Position numbers and translations under genes: made by a program. 64,000 bases of DNA from Squalus acanthias (lineage: Eukaryota): positions 310,001 to 374,000 of the forward strand of contig JASTWF010000244.1 in assembly GCA_030390025.1 (NCBI GenBank), written 5' to 3'. A model generated the notes under the pieces. The model worked only from the letters and a program-made list of their open reading frames with translations, was not told the DNA's origin and searched no databases. Each line of letters starts with the position of its first letter. Position 1 is the first letter of the stretch. Of the stretch, positions 1 to 12,900 are shown piece by piece.

Positions 1-544
1 CCAAGAAGAGAGGCCAATAAAATAACAACGACCATAGCAGCAGCCAGAGACCATCCAGCCGTCCTCCTGTCTTTGTGAAGTAGACTTGGAGTTGAAGGGA
101 TAATGGAGATGGGGCCATGGAAGAGGGAAGCAAGTAAAATATTCAAGAATGCAGATATAACAAGGAAATCTGATTTTCAAATTGGGAACTATGAAAGTGT
201 GAGATTACAGTGCTATACCGTAACATGTTAAAAGTTATATTGTTGGTATAATTTATTCACATGTGCAAAAAATGTTTCCCATATCAGAGATATTTATTAA
301 ATTTGAAACAATTATGAAAATAGCACCCTTTGGGAACAGACAAAAGGAGAGCCGCAGGAGATAAGTAGGACAGTCAGTATGAATTCAACTATTTAGCACA
401 CAGTCACTCCATGCCACAAAACGTTTAATAACCTCACCAGGTCAGGTAAGTTACAAGAAGCCAGCCAAGAATGCACTCTACTAAGCTTGCCTACCACTTT
501 ATAACCACTTCCACTAACTGTATTAAAGTGCTTGAATAGCTTAC

Positions 545-942
545 CATAGAAACATAGCAACAGGAGTAGGCCATTTAGCCCCTTGAACCTCTTCCGCCAT
601 TCAATGTGATTATGGTTGATCTGTGACCAAACTCCATATACCCGCCTTTGCCCCATATCCCTTAATACCTTTGGTTAGCAAAAATCTATTAATCTCAGAT
701 TTAAAATGAACAACTGATCGAGCATCAACTGCCATTTGCAGAAGAGAGTTCCAAACTTCTACCACCCTTTGTGTGGAGAAGTGTTTCCTAACTTCACTCC
801 TGAAAGGCCTTCTCTAATTTTTAGATTCCCCAATCAGCGGAAATAGTTTCTCTTTATCTACCCTATCCGTTCCCCTTAATATTTTGAAAACGTCAATCAA
901 ATCACCCCTTAATCTTCTAAATTCCAGGGAATACAGCCCTAC
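545..942 (-). mobile_element. CR1-type LINE 3' fragment
   Basis: Typical CR1 3' end (catagaaacatag..ggagtaggccatt..) with degenerate RT C-terminal sequence. Confidence 0.7.
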
Positions 943-959
943 CATCAATATCCATGAGA

Positions 960-1410
960 AAGAAAAGAAAGAGCTTGCATTTATATAATGCCATTCACAT
1001 CCTCAGCATATCTCAAAGCATTTCAGTCAATGAATTACTTTTCAAGTGCAGTCTCTGTTCTTTAGTAGGCAAATGTGGTAGCCAATTGTGTATTACAAGG
1101 TACCGGAAACATTAAATGAGATACATGACCAGTTCATAGGTTTTGCTTGTGTTGGTTGAGGGCCAATGTGACCAAGACACTGAGAGAACAGCTTTCTTTC
1201 TTTCTGAATAATGCTATGGGATCTTTTACATCTGATGGGACCTCGGTTAGCATCTTAACTGAAAGACAGCATCTCTGACAATGCGTCACTCCCTGGGTAC
1301 TGCATTAAAGTGCCAGCCTGGATTATGTATTCAAGCTCTTGAATGGATCTTGAACCCACAATCTTCAGACTTTGAGGCGAGTGTGCTACCACTGATCCAA
1401 GCTGACATTT
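960..1410 (-). mobile_element. SINE with L2-like 3' tail
   Basis: Tail cttgcatttatata..; head tgaaccca....tcagact..gaggcgagtgtgctaccactga. Related copies at about 8180-8575 (+) and 63360-63800 (-). Confidence 0.6.
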
Positions 1411-1419
1411 GAAGCAGTG

Positions 1420-3450
1420 CAGTGCCTTTTATACTGCCTGCCTTGCAGCTGTCAGCATACCCATTATTGTCTGCATTTTGATCCGTGGGGTTTACTGCAT
1501 ATCATAAGAGCAAGAGGGCATTCTCACTTTTTGCATGATTTCTTCAAGCAGACAAGCCTTATAATCAGGAGAAAACAGCAAAGTTGGTCGGCCCCCCAAA
1601 CCTGAAACTTACCACTTCAATGAGGAGGAAGCCATGCAGATTCTGAGTGAAGTACTTTGGGTGATAGAGACAGCAAGGTAGAAGGGTATTTGCCAACAGT
1701 CATGACATTCTACTCTTCCTATTGCACCTTGCATTAATCTTCAGTGAAGCATATCATGACAGCCCTATTACTCTTTCTACTGAAATTGATACGAGCTCCA
1801 TTCCTGAGATTCTATTCTAAGCTGTCTTTCTCTTTTCTTTATCTAGGTGTTTCTGAATATGGTGAGCCAGACTCCAGTGCATCCAGCCCTGCCAGCACTG
1901 CAGAGTACAAACTAACACTCATTCTCTCCCTCCCAAACACCAGGCCAGAGACATCCATTACAGACTGAGTGTAAGGGGAGTGCATTGGGTAATGCACAGA
2001 TCACAAGTGAGCTGGAGGAGCCAACGTGGAATGTGAGGCGGAAGAAGTTACTGACTGAAGGATCAGGATACATTGCCCCTTGGCTCAAAAGCCAAGTGAT
2101 CATGATCTCAGGAGTCTTGCTTTTAAAAGGATGCTTGCAGGGTATTAAACGTATGTGCAGACGCCAAAGACAGTGTCAGAAACTGTGCAGCAGATGGTGG
2201 GTAAACTGGAGGAGTCCACTGTGTGCATTGCAGTCCACTTTGGAACATTTGAAGAGGGGACCACATGACAGAGGCCATGAGAGCAGTCAGAAATTCTTTC
2301 ATGGTTGCTCAGACTGCTGCCATAGAGGTCTGAGGCGTCAGATTGGGAAGGGATATCTCATGGATCTTTATTAATCTCACTATTACCGATAGAGCTGCTT
2401 TCCTGCAGACCAGTGACCATGCAGAGCCACAGCCCAGTGCTGGCAGCATGGCAGGAATGCATTCAGATGATGGTCTCTATGGGCAGCAGCACGTGCATGC
2501 CCTCCTGCCAGCCCCTCAGATGCCTGCACATGAGAGAAAGGAAGCAGGGCCAAATTTCTCAGGCACAGCAGAAGAGGTGCAGCCTACAGCAGGTCCATCT
2601 CAGAACTTTCCTGCCTTGAGGAAACAGCCACTGCAGGCCCTGAGGTTTATGCTGACACAGCATCCAGCCACCTCACACCAGCTTACCACTCAGATGGCAC
2701 CTAGGAAAAGGTGCATGCACACACACTATACAGGGTTTCATTAAAACTATGGTTGCATTAAAGTTGTGTGTGCACACATTGTCCACAGCAATATTTGAAA
2801 ATGGATTTGTTCAGATGGCATGAATGAAAACTGTGTGAGTTGATGCGCATGGGAAAGGGTGTGGGGGAAAAAAATGTGCACAAGATTGGTTGTGCAATGA
2901 CCAGATGTGGTAATCAAGAGAACACCTAGGGGGCAAAATTCGGTTGCTTTGCGCCTCCCGTTAGCGCCCTAAGGGGAGGAAGGCCTGCAGTATCACAGCA
3001 TGTCGCACGCGATATTCATTGGTAGCGCCCCAAGAGGGAGGGGGAGTGCTTCCAGTAGCGCCCCGCCTCCCTCTTGGGGCGCTATCAGTGAATTTCAGGC
3101 GCGGGGAAGTTAGCGCCCCAAAGGGACCGAATTTCCCCCCCTGCTATTGACCCAATATAGCACAAATATGTGCTGCAGCTAGGAAAAGGTTATGCTCTAC
3201 TTTATCTACAGGCCTCTGCTGCTGCTCCTTCTCTTCCTTGGGCAAATGCAGATAGGGTCACCTCTTCCTCTATCGTCAGGTGTGGGGTACTGGTGGGTAC
3301 ATTTCATGGGTTTCCAGTGCAGCCTCACCAACCTGGATTCCCTACTCTCCTCTTCTAGGAAGCAGAATGTAGAGGGGAATCCCCAATTAGAAACCTACGT
3401 TGTGTCTTGCCTGAAGATGGCGACAATCGGCAAATGGCAGAGAGTAAAAC
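1420..3450 (+). mobile_element. Highly degenerate PIF/Harbinger remnant
   Basis: Exon-like, low-complexity protein remnants resembling the Myb-protein C-terminus of the 20.6-24.2 kb element. Confidence 0.35.
2929..3140. mobile_element. Harbinger-type MITE
   Basis: TIRs gggggcaaaattcggt / accgaatttcccccc; internal tagcgcccc palindromes. Confidence 0.7.
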
Positions 3451-3877
3451 ATTAGGAACAGCAAAAAAATCCAAAATCACTGAAGAAATAAGGATTTTTC
3501 AAAGCTTTAATTATATCTGTATTTGGCTCTTTAAATGCATGTTTATCTTTTCCCCAGCATCTAGCAACCCTAGACAGTCATTGTATACTGAGTGCAAATA
3601 AGGTAGTAATGATGGAGAATAGGATCCATGATGTCATCACAGCCTCATTTTAACAGCCCATTTAGGGTGGGTGATTCTGCCAACAGCCAGAAATAAAGTC
3701 AGAATATTGAGCGAGCACAGAAGTGGGCTGGCAGCTGGCATACAGCACCCCACACCTGCCCACCTAAATAGGAATATCTGGGTTATTCTGCAAATAATCT
3801 GAAATGCCACACTGACAGCACAATGGATTACAACCAAACATGCACAAAACAGGACCCTCTCAAAATGAACACTTTAC

Positions 3878-3931
3878 CTTCATGTTTTGTCATGTTGATA
3901 TAAGGCGCATCATCTTCATTTTCAGCACAAT
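3878..3931 (-). CDS. Exon 11, short acidic Tyr-motif exon (DCAENEDDAPYINMTKHE)
   Basis: Strong polypyrimidine acceptor (tttgtttttctgttcag), G|GTAAAG donor, 54 nt, phase 1-1, in frame with exon 10. Confidence 0.75.
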
Positions 3932-6900
3932 CTGAACAGAAAAACAAATTAGTTAAATTTGACATAAGTCAAATTAAATAGGCACTTCCAATGTTAAGAG
4001 CATTAATTAACTCATCTAATAGTATTTAAAATAACTGAAGTCACCCAAAATTAACTATTCTCAGCATTAATAAAAAAAAAATTGTTTATTCAATATAAAA
4101 TCTCAATGTGAAATAAACATTCAAATTACTGTTTTGTTGAAATCAAAGCAATCAATATTGCAGTTATAACAATTTTAATGAAATGGTTTGCTTTAAATCC
4201 GACTCCAATAAAACAGCATTCACCTTTAAGGAGTAATTTGAAATCTTTCTCTTGAATTTCCTTTGTTGCTATGTGAAGCACCTCACATCTGATGAAACTA
4301 TCATGATCATTTTCAGTTGCAATAAATTGTGTGCTTACAACTGACGAGAAGAGATCATCGTCTGCAATCACAGGAGGGCTGTTAAACACATCCGAACAAA
4401 GTATCCCATTTTTAAACCACTTTACTTGGACTTCAGCAGGAGCATAGCTTGTCAATGTGATACTGAGTTTTGTAAGCTCATTAACGCCAGGCAGTTCGGG
4501 ATCAGCTTTAATAACGGACAAGGCAGGAGACAAAGCTGAAAAAACAAATAAAAAAGTACATAAGTGTTTAGCCATTGAAGCAAACTGATTAAGTTTTAAT
4601 GTGAACAAAATAAAAAGAAAAGAAAGGGTGCTTGTATAGTTTGTAATATACACAAATTATTTAAGGGAAAATTAATTAAGATCTCATGAACCTGTTCTGC
4701 AAAACTACTGTCATCAGAATTATTAGAATATTTTCTGTAGATATACAGCTCACATATTTACATAAAAGATTCTTTTAAGAACTTAAAGTGAAGATGGCGG
4801 CAGGGCGTTTTGGTGTCCCACTTCACGGCAGCATGTAGTGAAAGACAGCTTTACCCATGGGTGCCAAAGGGACTCCCGAGCAGCAAAGGTCACCGGACCA
4901 ATGCCTCAGACAGGAAGTAGTGCCTCACAAAAGTAAAAAGACCAAAACAAAACTCAATTGAAAATCACCATAATTTTAGTTATTTGATCCAAATCCTGCT
5001 AGAAGTAACTATACTAAAAGTTTGGGGATGAAATTTGATAACACTGAAAAAAGGCTGCAGACACCGCGATGCGAGATATGCCCACGCCCATTCAAGAAGC
5101 ACAGGCAGCACGTTAACTTGGTGCTGCCTGCTATCACCATGATAGCAGCGCACAGCCTAGCGTGGAATGCGCTGCTGACAGGCTGTGCGCTCAGCAGGGG
5201 GCTGAAGTTTGCATCGCTGGAGCGAGACTAGCTTTACTTAAGTTCTGACGAAGGATCACAGACCTGAAACGTTTACTCTGTTTCTCTCTCCACGGATGCT
5301 GCCTGACCTGCTGAGTATTTCCAGCATTTTCTGTTGTTATTTCAGATTTCCAGCATCCGCAATATTTTGCTATTGTATTTTTACTTAAAGCTAGCCTGCT
5401 CCTCTTCAAAGCAGTCTGCAGCTCTTAAAGCTGAGCTGCCTTCTTCAGATAAATAACGCTAAAAGTGCTTCAGCACTCATACAAATCATAGAAACACAGA
5501 CCACGATTTTCCCTACCTCGGCGGGCAAGGTCAGTGGCAGGTCGCGGCCTCACTGCTGGTTCCATCATGGCCTCCGACATGACTTTCCCCTGATTGGGCT
5601 TGTTAATCCCAAACATTTAAATATAAAAGTGGAATTTTTCAAACTGTGGGGGGAGGGGAGAAGGATCAGGGTGAAACATACCTGGAAGTGTTAAATATGC
5701 CTTTTTTACAATTGGAGTCTTTAAATTATCATGCTCCACATGGAAGGAAAAATCCTGATCAAAATCTAGTGCAGTTGGTGTTACTTGCAAGCGGGAAGAC
5801 AACCGATAACATCCATTTTCCTCCCTCTCAGGTCCGTTAGTTGTGATCCCTTTGACTATCGTTTTTTCTTTTTGCATCCAAAATGCACGGATATTTTGTG
5901 GCCGAAAGTTACTGATATCGCAGATGAGAGCAAGATTTGTACCATACCCAGTTTCTGGTGGGTCAATCTTGATGTCTTCAACAGATGGAATTCCTGTTTA
6001 AATTGCATGAAACCACAGTTGATTACAATACTGAATAACCTTCATGGTTAAGGATCAAAAAGGGAGGTTACAAAGAACTGTCTTTTTTTCCCCAAATGAT
6101 GGATATTTAAGATGACAGCAGCCATCAAATCTATCATTGTGCAACTTAGGCTTTGAGGGGAATATTAACCCCAAAACACAGGTGGGTTGGGGTCGGGTGG
6201 AAGGTTAAAGCATTAAAAACCTGAATCCCGACCCCAATCTGCCTCCAACCCACCCACTTCCAGTTTTAACAGAGGGAGGACGGCGGGAGGGAGGGGGGGG
6301 GGTTGGCGGTGGCGGGCAGCCAACCCGCACCCAGGAGGCAGGTTGGCACTTTATATAATGAGGCTAGCAGTCTCAGATTAAACCTGCTATGCTTGTTTAA
6401 TTGTGGCTGGCCGGGGTTCCCGGGCCTTGGGATTCCCAGCAGCTGCAGCGAGGAGAGGACAGCCTTGGGGAGTAATTCTTGTGGGTCGGGAGGAGCAGGA
6501 GTGCATCCTCCTGGCCCCCAAGCTCCCCCACCATCACCTCCCCCCCACCCCACCCCCCCACCTATACAACCCCTGGGTCAGAGATTGGACTTTCCTCCCA
6601 CCCCCTGGGGACGGGGATCGGACACTCCCCCCTCACCTGGGGTCGGAGCTTGCACCTACCTGTGGTTGCAGCCTCTTCGCCAGCGTTTCTCGTCTGACTG
6701 GAATCCAGCCTGTCAATCAGGCTGACTTCCAGGTGGGGAACCTGTCCGTGACGCCAAATGCACGCTGTGGAGTTAAAACCTTAAGTTCCAGGTTTACCAG
6801 CGCTTTACTGCCCACTCCCCCGGGTCCAAACTTAAAAATTCTGGCCTTTGTTTCAAAGATGGTGATGACATTTTTTACACTCTTTACCTTACAAACCATT

Positions 6901-9900
6901 TATGCTGCTGATTTGATAATCACAACTATGTTGGGATACCACCAACTTAGGGCCAATGGAGCCACTGAGAGGAACTCTGGAGTCACAGGCAAACAAGGAA
7001 TGTAAGTGGGGTGGCACAGTTACTGAAGGTATTGTGGATCACCAAAAGAGGTAGTTAAAGCCTGGGCTTCCAATGGCAAAGCTATCATCATCTTCAACAT
7101 AAACACAAAGACTGAATGTTTGAAGGACTTATGGCCACAATGCAGCGTTAATAAAATAATGTTTTATCCTCAACAATCACCAATATGCTATCAGTTTAGG
7201 CCTGTGGTGTTTGTCCTACCTGACTACCAGCCTCTATTAATAAAAACAATGTTAATTTAATGAATTTGAAACACTTAAATCTGTCCATTTACAAAACAAT
7301 CTTTTCAACATTCCATAATTGGTACTATGAAGTTGCACTTCTTGTTGAAACAATATTTACCTTTTATTTTCAAAAAATGACTGGATGAGACAGGCTTGTT
7401 TGAAGTTTCTGAGTGAAGGATTTGCATTTTGAACTCTTGTCCATGGTCCTTATCAGTTGGAATGAATGTCCTTTTGGAGAATCGAGAGTACAAACCAGTT
7501 TCTTCATCAAATTCAATTTCTTCTGTTTCAATTCCATCATGAGTTTTCTGAAACGCTTTGAACCAGAATATTTGATGATCTTCTGGAAAGAAGCCCTTTG
7601 CTTTGCAGGACAGTGTTACAGGTTTTCCCACCTCTGGGTAAAGTGGATCGGCTTTAATTTCTGTTACCTTTGGCATCGACACTACTCGTACAAAAGAAAC
7701 AGTGTTAGAGATTGTGTAACTGAGAGAAGACCACAATTAAAAAAAAAATGTCCAGTATGCCTTGATAAATTTTAAACATTGATTTCTTGAATAACTATCC
7801 TTTTTCTCTGTCCCTCTTTCTTCCCTCACACTGTGGTACAGGCCATGGCTGCAGTCAATGCTCCAGTATCTCTTGGAAGTGGCCAAGAGACTGAACGGAG
7901 TACTGGGAGGCTATTCAAGGCTGATCCTGCATTCACCGAATAAGCACCCACACACTTTGCAACAGGGGTCATTTGACAGTGACATTTCACTTCGCTAGTC
8001 CATGGGGGCGGAGGCAGATAGTACCACTCCACCTAGCGGAGATCAGCAAACTCAGGGATCAGACTTGCAACCTTACAGTTCTCTATGGCTCAGGCCCGAA
8101 TCGGGTGGTGCATTTTCCCAATGAGCTAATAGGGAGCTGCAAACAATCCTTTCCAACTCTATTCAGCTTGGTTCAGCAGTACTGCTCTTGCCACTGAAGG
8201 TGGTCTGGGTTCTCGAGGCATTCCAGGACTTGAGGAAATAATTTACGCCGACAGGTCAGTACAATACTGAAAGAGCACTGCAGTACTGAAAGGGGCCCTG
8301 TCTACCTCTTCAGGTGAACATTAAAGATCTCATTGCACTTATCCAAAGAGCAAGGACTTCTCCTGATGTCCTGGCCAACATTTCGCCCTCAAAACAAAAT
8401 CACCAAAAAAACAGATTAACTGGTCACTCATCACATTGCTGTTTGTGGGACACTGCTCTGCACAAATTGCCTACAAAACAACAAAGATTACACTTCAAAA
8501 CTAATTCATGAGCAATCAAGTATTTATGGACTTAAATAGGATAGGAAAGGCACTATATAAATGCAAGGTTTTTCTTTCGTATTATTGTTCTCAGTTATTC
8601 TGGGCTTTTATTTTATTTATTGCTCTTCCAGATCAAAAAGTACCCCAAATGGAATATTTTTCACAGACTGCAAAAAGATCAACTCAGATTTTCTCAGTTT
8701 GCGAAAATATCGAAAAAACAACCAAGGTAATTTTATTTTTGGGTGAGAGCAAGATTTCCATTTAATTTATTTTGGTTTCTTTATTCCCCTTGTCTCCAAT
8801 CGGATCACTCCAGGTCATGGGCCTTCACGAACAGACCTTTGCCAATGCTGAAACTGCCCAGTAGAATTGTTAGTCACCAACTTAAATCTGTATATTAGTT
8901 TCAGATTATTATTTCCCAATTAACAAATCAGAACAACTAAACACATTAGTCGATTATGCCCCAGATTTTGCTCTCAAAATAACAATGAGTCTAACGGCGC
9001 TCACTGTTATTTATGCTCAAATTGTACAGCAACTTCAGGTGAGGGGTAGATGCGTGGTTAAACTCAAAAATCCAAAAGTTGCTGTCTGAGTTGCCTTTAG
9101 CTTCACAAAAAGGGCATCTCGCCGTTTGCCTCACCATTGAAATGCACTGAATGGCGTGGAGTTGCTGTATTTGCGCAGTAGATCCGAACTAAACCCGCCA
9201 CAGAAAGTTAGGGCTGATCTGAAGTGACGCAAAGACCCCGTCTTGGAGCCATTTAAGGTCCGTGCATATTTAATTAAGCATGGATTCAGACAAAGGGAGC
9301 GTTTTAAGCTGATAACAAAATACTGCGGATGCTGGAAATCCAAAACAACAACAGAAAACGCTGGAAAAACTCAGCAGGCCAGGCAGCATCCGTGGAGAGA
9401 GAAACAGAGTTAACATTTCAGGTCGAAGACCCTTTTTCAGAACTGGAAAAAAGCAGGAAAGGAAATAGATTTAAAGCAAGTATAATGCTGGGAAAAGGGG
9501 GAGGGGATATAAGAACAAAAGGGGATAGAAAGCAGGAGAGATTAAGAGACATTAAGAGATAATCAAGGCAAGAGGAGGTGGTAATGTGACAGGTAGAGTC
9601 TAGATGAGGTGTGAAATGTGCTGGCAGAATGAAGAACAGCTGCCAGCTTCTGGGCGGGAAAAAAAAGGCCAAACAAAAGGGTGGATGAAAAAATAAAATA
9701 AAAAAAAGTGATAGGAGCCAAGGTTATGATCTGAAATTGTTGAACTCTATGTTGAGTCCAGAGGGCTGTAGGGTGCCTAAACGAAAGATGAGGTGCTGTT
9801 GCTCGAGCTTACGCTGAGCTTCTGTGGAACAATGCAAGAGGCCGAGGACGGTGAGGTCAGAATGGGAGTGGAGCGGAGAATTAAAGTGACAGGCCACCGG

Positions 9901-12900
9901 CTTTTTAAGCTGTCTGAGATTCTTTTAATAATGTGTTAATTATGGCCAATCAACCTCACTGGCACTGAAAAATAACTATTACAAGTGTGGAGTCTCATTC
10001 CTTCAGGTATTAATTGTTGGATATTTTAAAAATGTAAAATTTTAAATGTAATTTCTTTTAAAATCTTTTATTTTGTCTCTTTTTCTCTCTTAATCCAAAC
10101 TTTCTTTCCCTCTCTTTCTGTACCTGATTGACATTGAATTCACCCACTCTAATTTACATTTCCTGCTCAGACCTTGCACTGTTAATTTCACTATCATTCA
10201 ATCTGATTGGTTAAGGAGATACACATTTGCTTTCCCTGTTCACTCAGGTCCCAAATGCCTGGGCTGGAATCTTTACCTTGGAGTCGGGTTGTGTGCGTGC
10301 GGGCCGCGTAGCCCAAAGATGTGAACAGCACGTTCTGCACTGCGCATTTTACTGGATAGCTCCAATTAAAACAGTCATGTGCGTTTCCTGGCCCAATTAA
10401 ATGGAGCGGGTCTGATGACATCATTGATCACTCGTTTCCAGCGCGGATATTTAAAGCAGCCTTGCACGCATCACATTTGAAGATTGATGTAGGAGTGCAT
10501 AACGTGATTTCCAGAGGTTTCAATAATGTGATAAAACTGTGGGTCATGGAAACGAGGCAGAGGGCCGCGCCGAGATTCAACGATGCCTCTCTGGAAGTTC
10601 TGGTGCAGGCAGTAAGAGCACGCAGGGAGGTCCTCTTCCCTGGCGATCGACGCAAACGACCAACCAAAGACACAAAAAGGACATGGCTGGAGATTGCAGA
10701 GGAGGTCAGTAGCAGGGATGTGGTCAGGAGGATGTGGCTCCAGTACCGGAAAAGATTCAAGGATCTCATGAGGTCAGGAAAGGTGAGTGCAATGCGGTCA
10801 CTTCATGAACTCGCACAATGGCCACTGAGCTTCCGCCTGCCCTTCACAGGTGAGGTTCCTGTGAATTCCGTGCTCAAGAAGTTAAAGCTAAAAGCTGCTG
10901 TTAAAAAGCCTCTTAAGCGTCTCTCAACAAGCATTTAAGCACTTCAATGAGGTCACCCGCCTCAGCCGAGCAGGTCCGTGGCACGCTGGGAAACGTCCCG
11001 ACTTAAATGCGGAAGTTGGCGGGTTGCCGACACGCTGGAAATTTCGGCGATTTTTACTGCTGACCCGCCACTAACCCACACGCTTGGGACTGGGAAAATT
11101 CAGGCCCTGGTTTCCCTCGCTGTGATATCAGCTCGCACTTCCAGCAACTTGCCACGCTAAAATTTTAAAACCTAAATCATACCAGGGCAAATCTAACTAA
11201 CAGCAGATGCCGTTAGATGCCCTGCCACAGCAAGTTATGGCCCTACATGTTTTTATAAGAAATGTTCAGAAAAAAATAGTAATAGTCATACTCTGGTCAG
11301 AACTTGTTTACTTACCCAGTTTACCGAGTAGCCAGTCAGCTTCCACTGGCTCTGTTAGGCTCTCATGTTCTACTTGACAAGTGTATTTCTTCTCAACATC
11401 AGCTCTGGTAGGTACAATCTTCACACTACTTGTCAAGTAATAGAGTCCATCCTTTCCCAGAGTTGCTGCACTAACTTCACATTCTTCTGTCATTTTCTCA
11501 CCATTTTTGAGCCATGTAACTGTGATTTCACTGGGGTAAAAAGAATGTATTCGACAGTTTAAAGTCACAGCCTCTTCTGCAACTAGTTTTTCTGCTTCAT
11601 ACTTTATCGGGTCCAGTTTTGGAGTGGCTGGAAAAAAACACACACAAAAAGAAAATTACCGCAGGCTTTAACACAAGCAGATTAGAGATATTGTGGACTA
11701 GATTCTCTGCCTATCCACAGCCAATAACCAGAACATTTAATCCATTGTGTTCTGAAAATTCTGAAATAAGACCCAAGGATAAAATAAAAAGTTACACAAC
11801 AAGCTCATTTAAATCAGTGACTCCAGGGCAATCAGCTAATATGTTTCCCTGTTAAATATTTGAGTTCTGAATATTCTTGGATGCATTCTGAATACTTCCC
11901 TTGTAAAAGTATCACTGTCTTCAAGGAGTTATTAAAGAAATACAGCGCTCAGGACATGTCACTCTTCACAGGATTTGCCAAATAAAATTAGCAATTTTGT
12001 TGCATTACAAAAAACAAGGAAACAGTATCTGGAAACAAAATGTTATCCATTGTTCTATACAAGGTATTGTCAAAAATATTACATACCTCTAATCTTTAGA
12101 ATTATTTCTTTCTGTTGGTCACTGCCAGTGCACTCATGCTGTACCTTACAGATGAACTTCGTGTCCTGGTCTTGCAGTATATCTGGCACAATAACTAGTA
12201 CACTGGTGATGCTGTATGTTTTGTCATCATACTCCATCTCACTTATGTAATGGTGATACTTGGACTTCTTCCCTTTGTCACTAGGATAGATTGTTCTGTT
12301 GTCCTTATCCAGCTGAACGATTTCTTTCAATTTATTATTCTTTCCAACTTGTTGCCATGTGATACTTAATGGTCTTGGTTTAAATCCATTGATTGGACAA
12401 GCCAAGGTCACAAACTCATTATGATTGGTGTGAGGTGGCACCACAATGTTTGAAATCTTTGGTGGCACTTTGGGGAGAAAAAAACAAAATAATCACTTAT
12501 TTAAACTGAAAGAATTTTTACTAGTTAATAAGAGCAAGAAAATATTATTCTGCTGTCTGAATTTTCTATGATTTAGAGTCTACAGATGGCAGAACTGCAT
12601 TACCACTATTAACCACATGAATGTCACTTCATACGCACAAATACACGCACAAATACACAAGTTAACAAAAAAGAATAGAATCACATAGCATAAACATTAA
12701 TGATTAAGTGCAAATGTTCATGATTTACCTCCTTTAACATCCAGTGTTACAGTTTTCATAACAGGTGACGCAAGAGTTTTATGTTGAACTTCAATAGTTA
12801 ATTCAGCCCCATCATCGCTGTATAAATCAGGATACGTTTTGATATCGCACTTTAAATTGGAAGTTCCGTCACTGTTAGTTTCATATTCCGGTTCCAAGGA

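Larger units (their letters stand above)
8958..11243. mobile_element. Harbinger-type MITE hosting two nested insertions
   Basis: Imperfect TIRs gccccagattttgct / agcaagttatggccc. Confidence 0.5.

Noticed and set aside
1-169. Open hydrophobic minus-strand frame (DFLVISAFLNILLASLF...GWSLAAAMVVVILLASLL), phase-1 compatible, as a possible second TM exon
   Set aside because: Weak acceptor without a good polypyrimidine tract, cut off by the window edge, and purine-rich plus strands often give hydrophobic antisense frames. It needs the adjacent window and RNA evidence.
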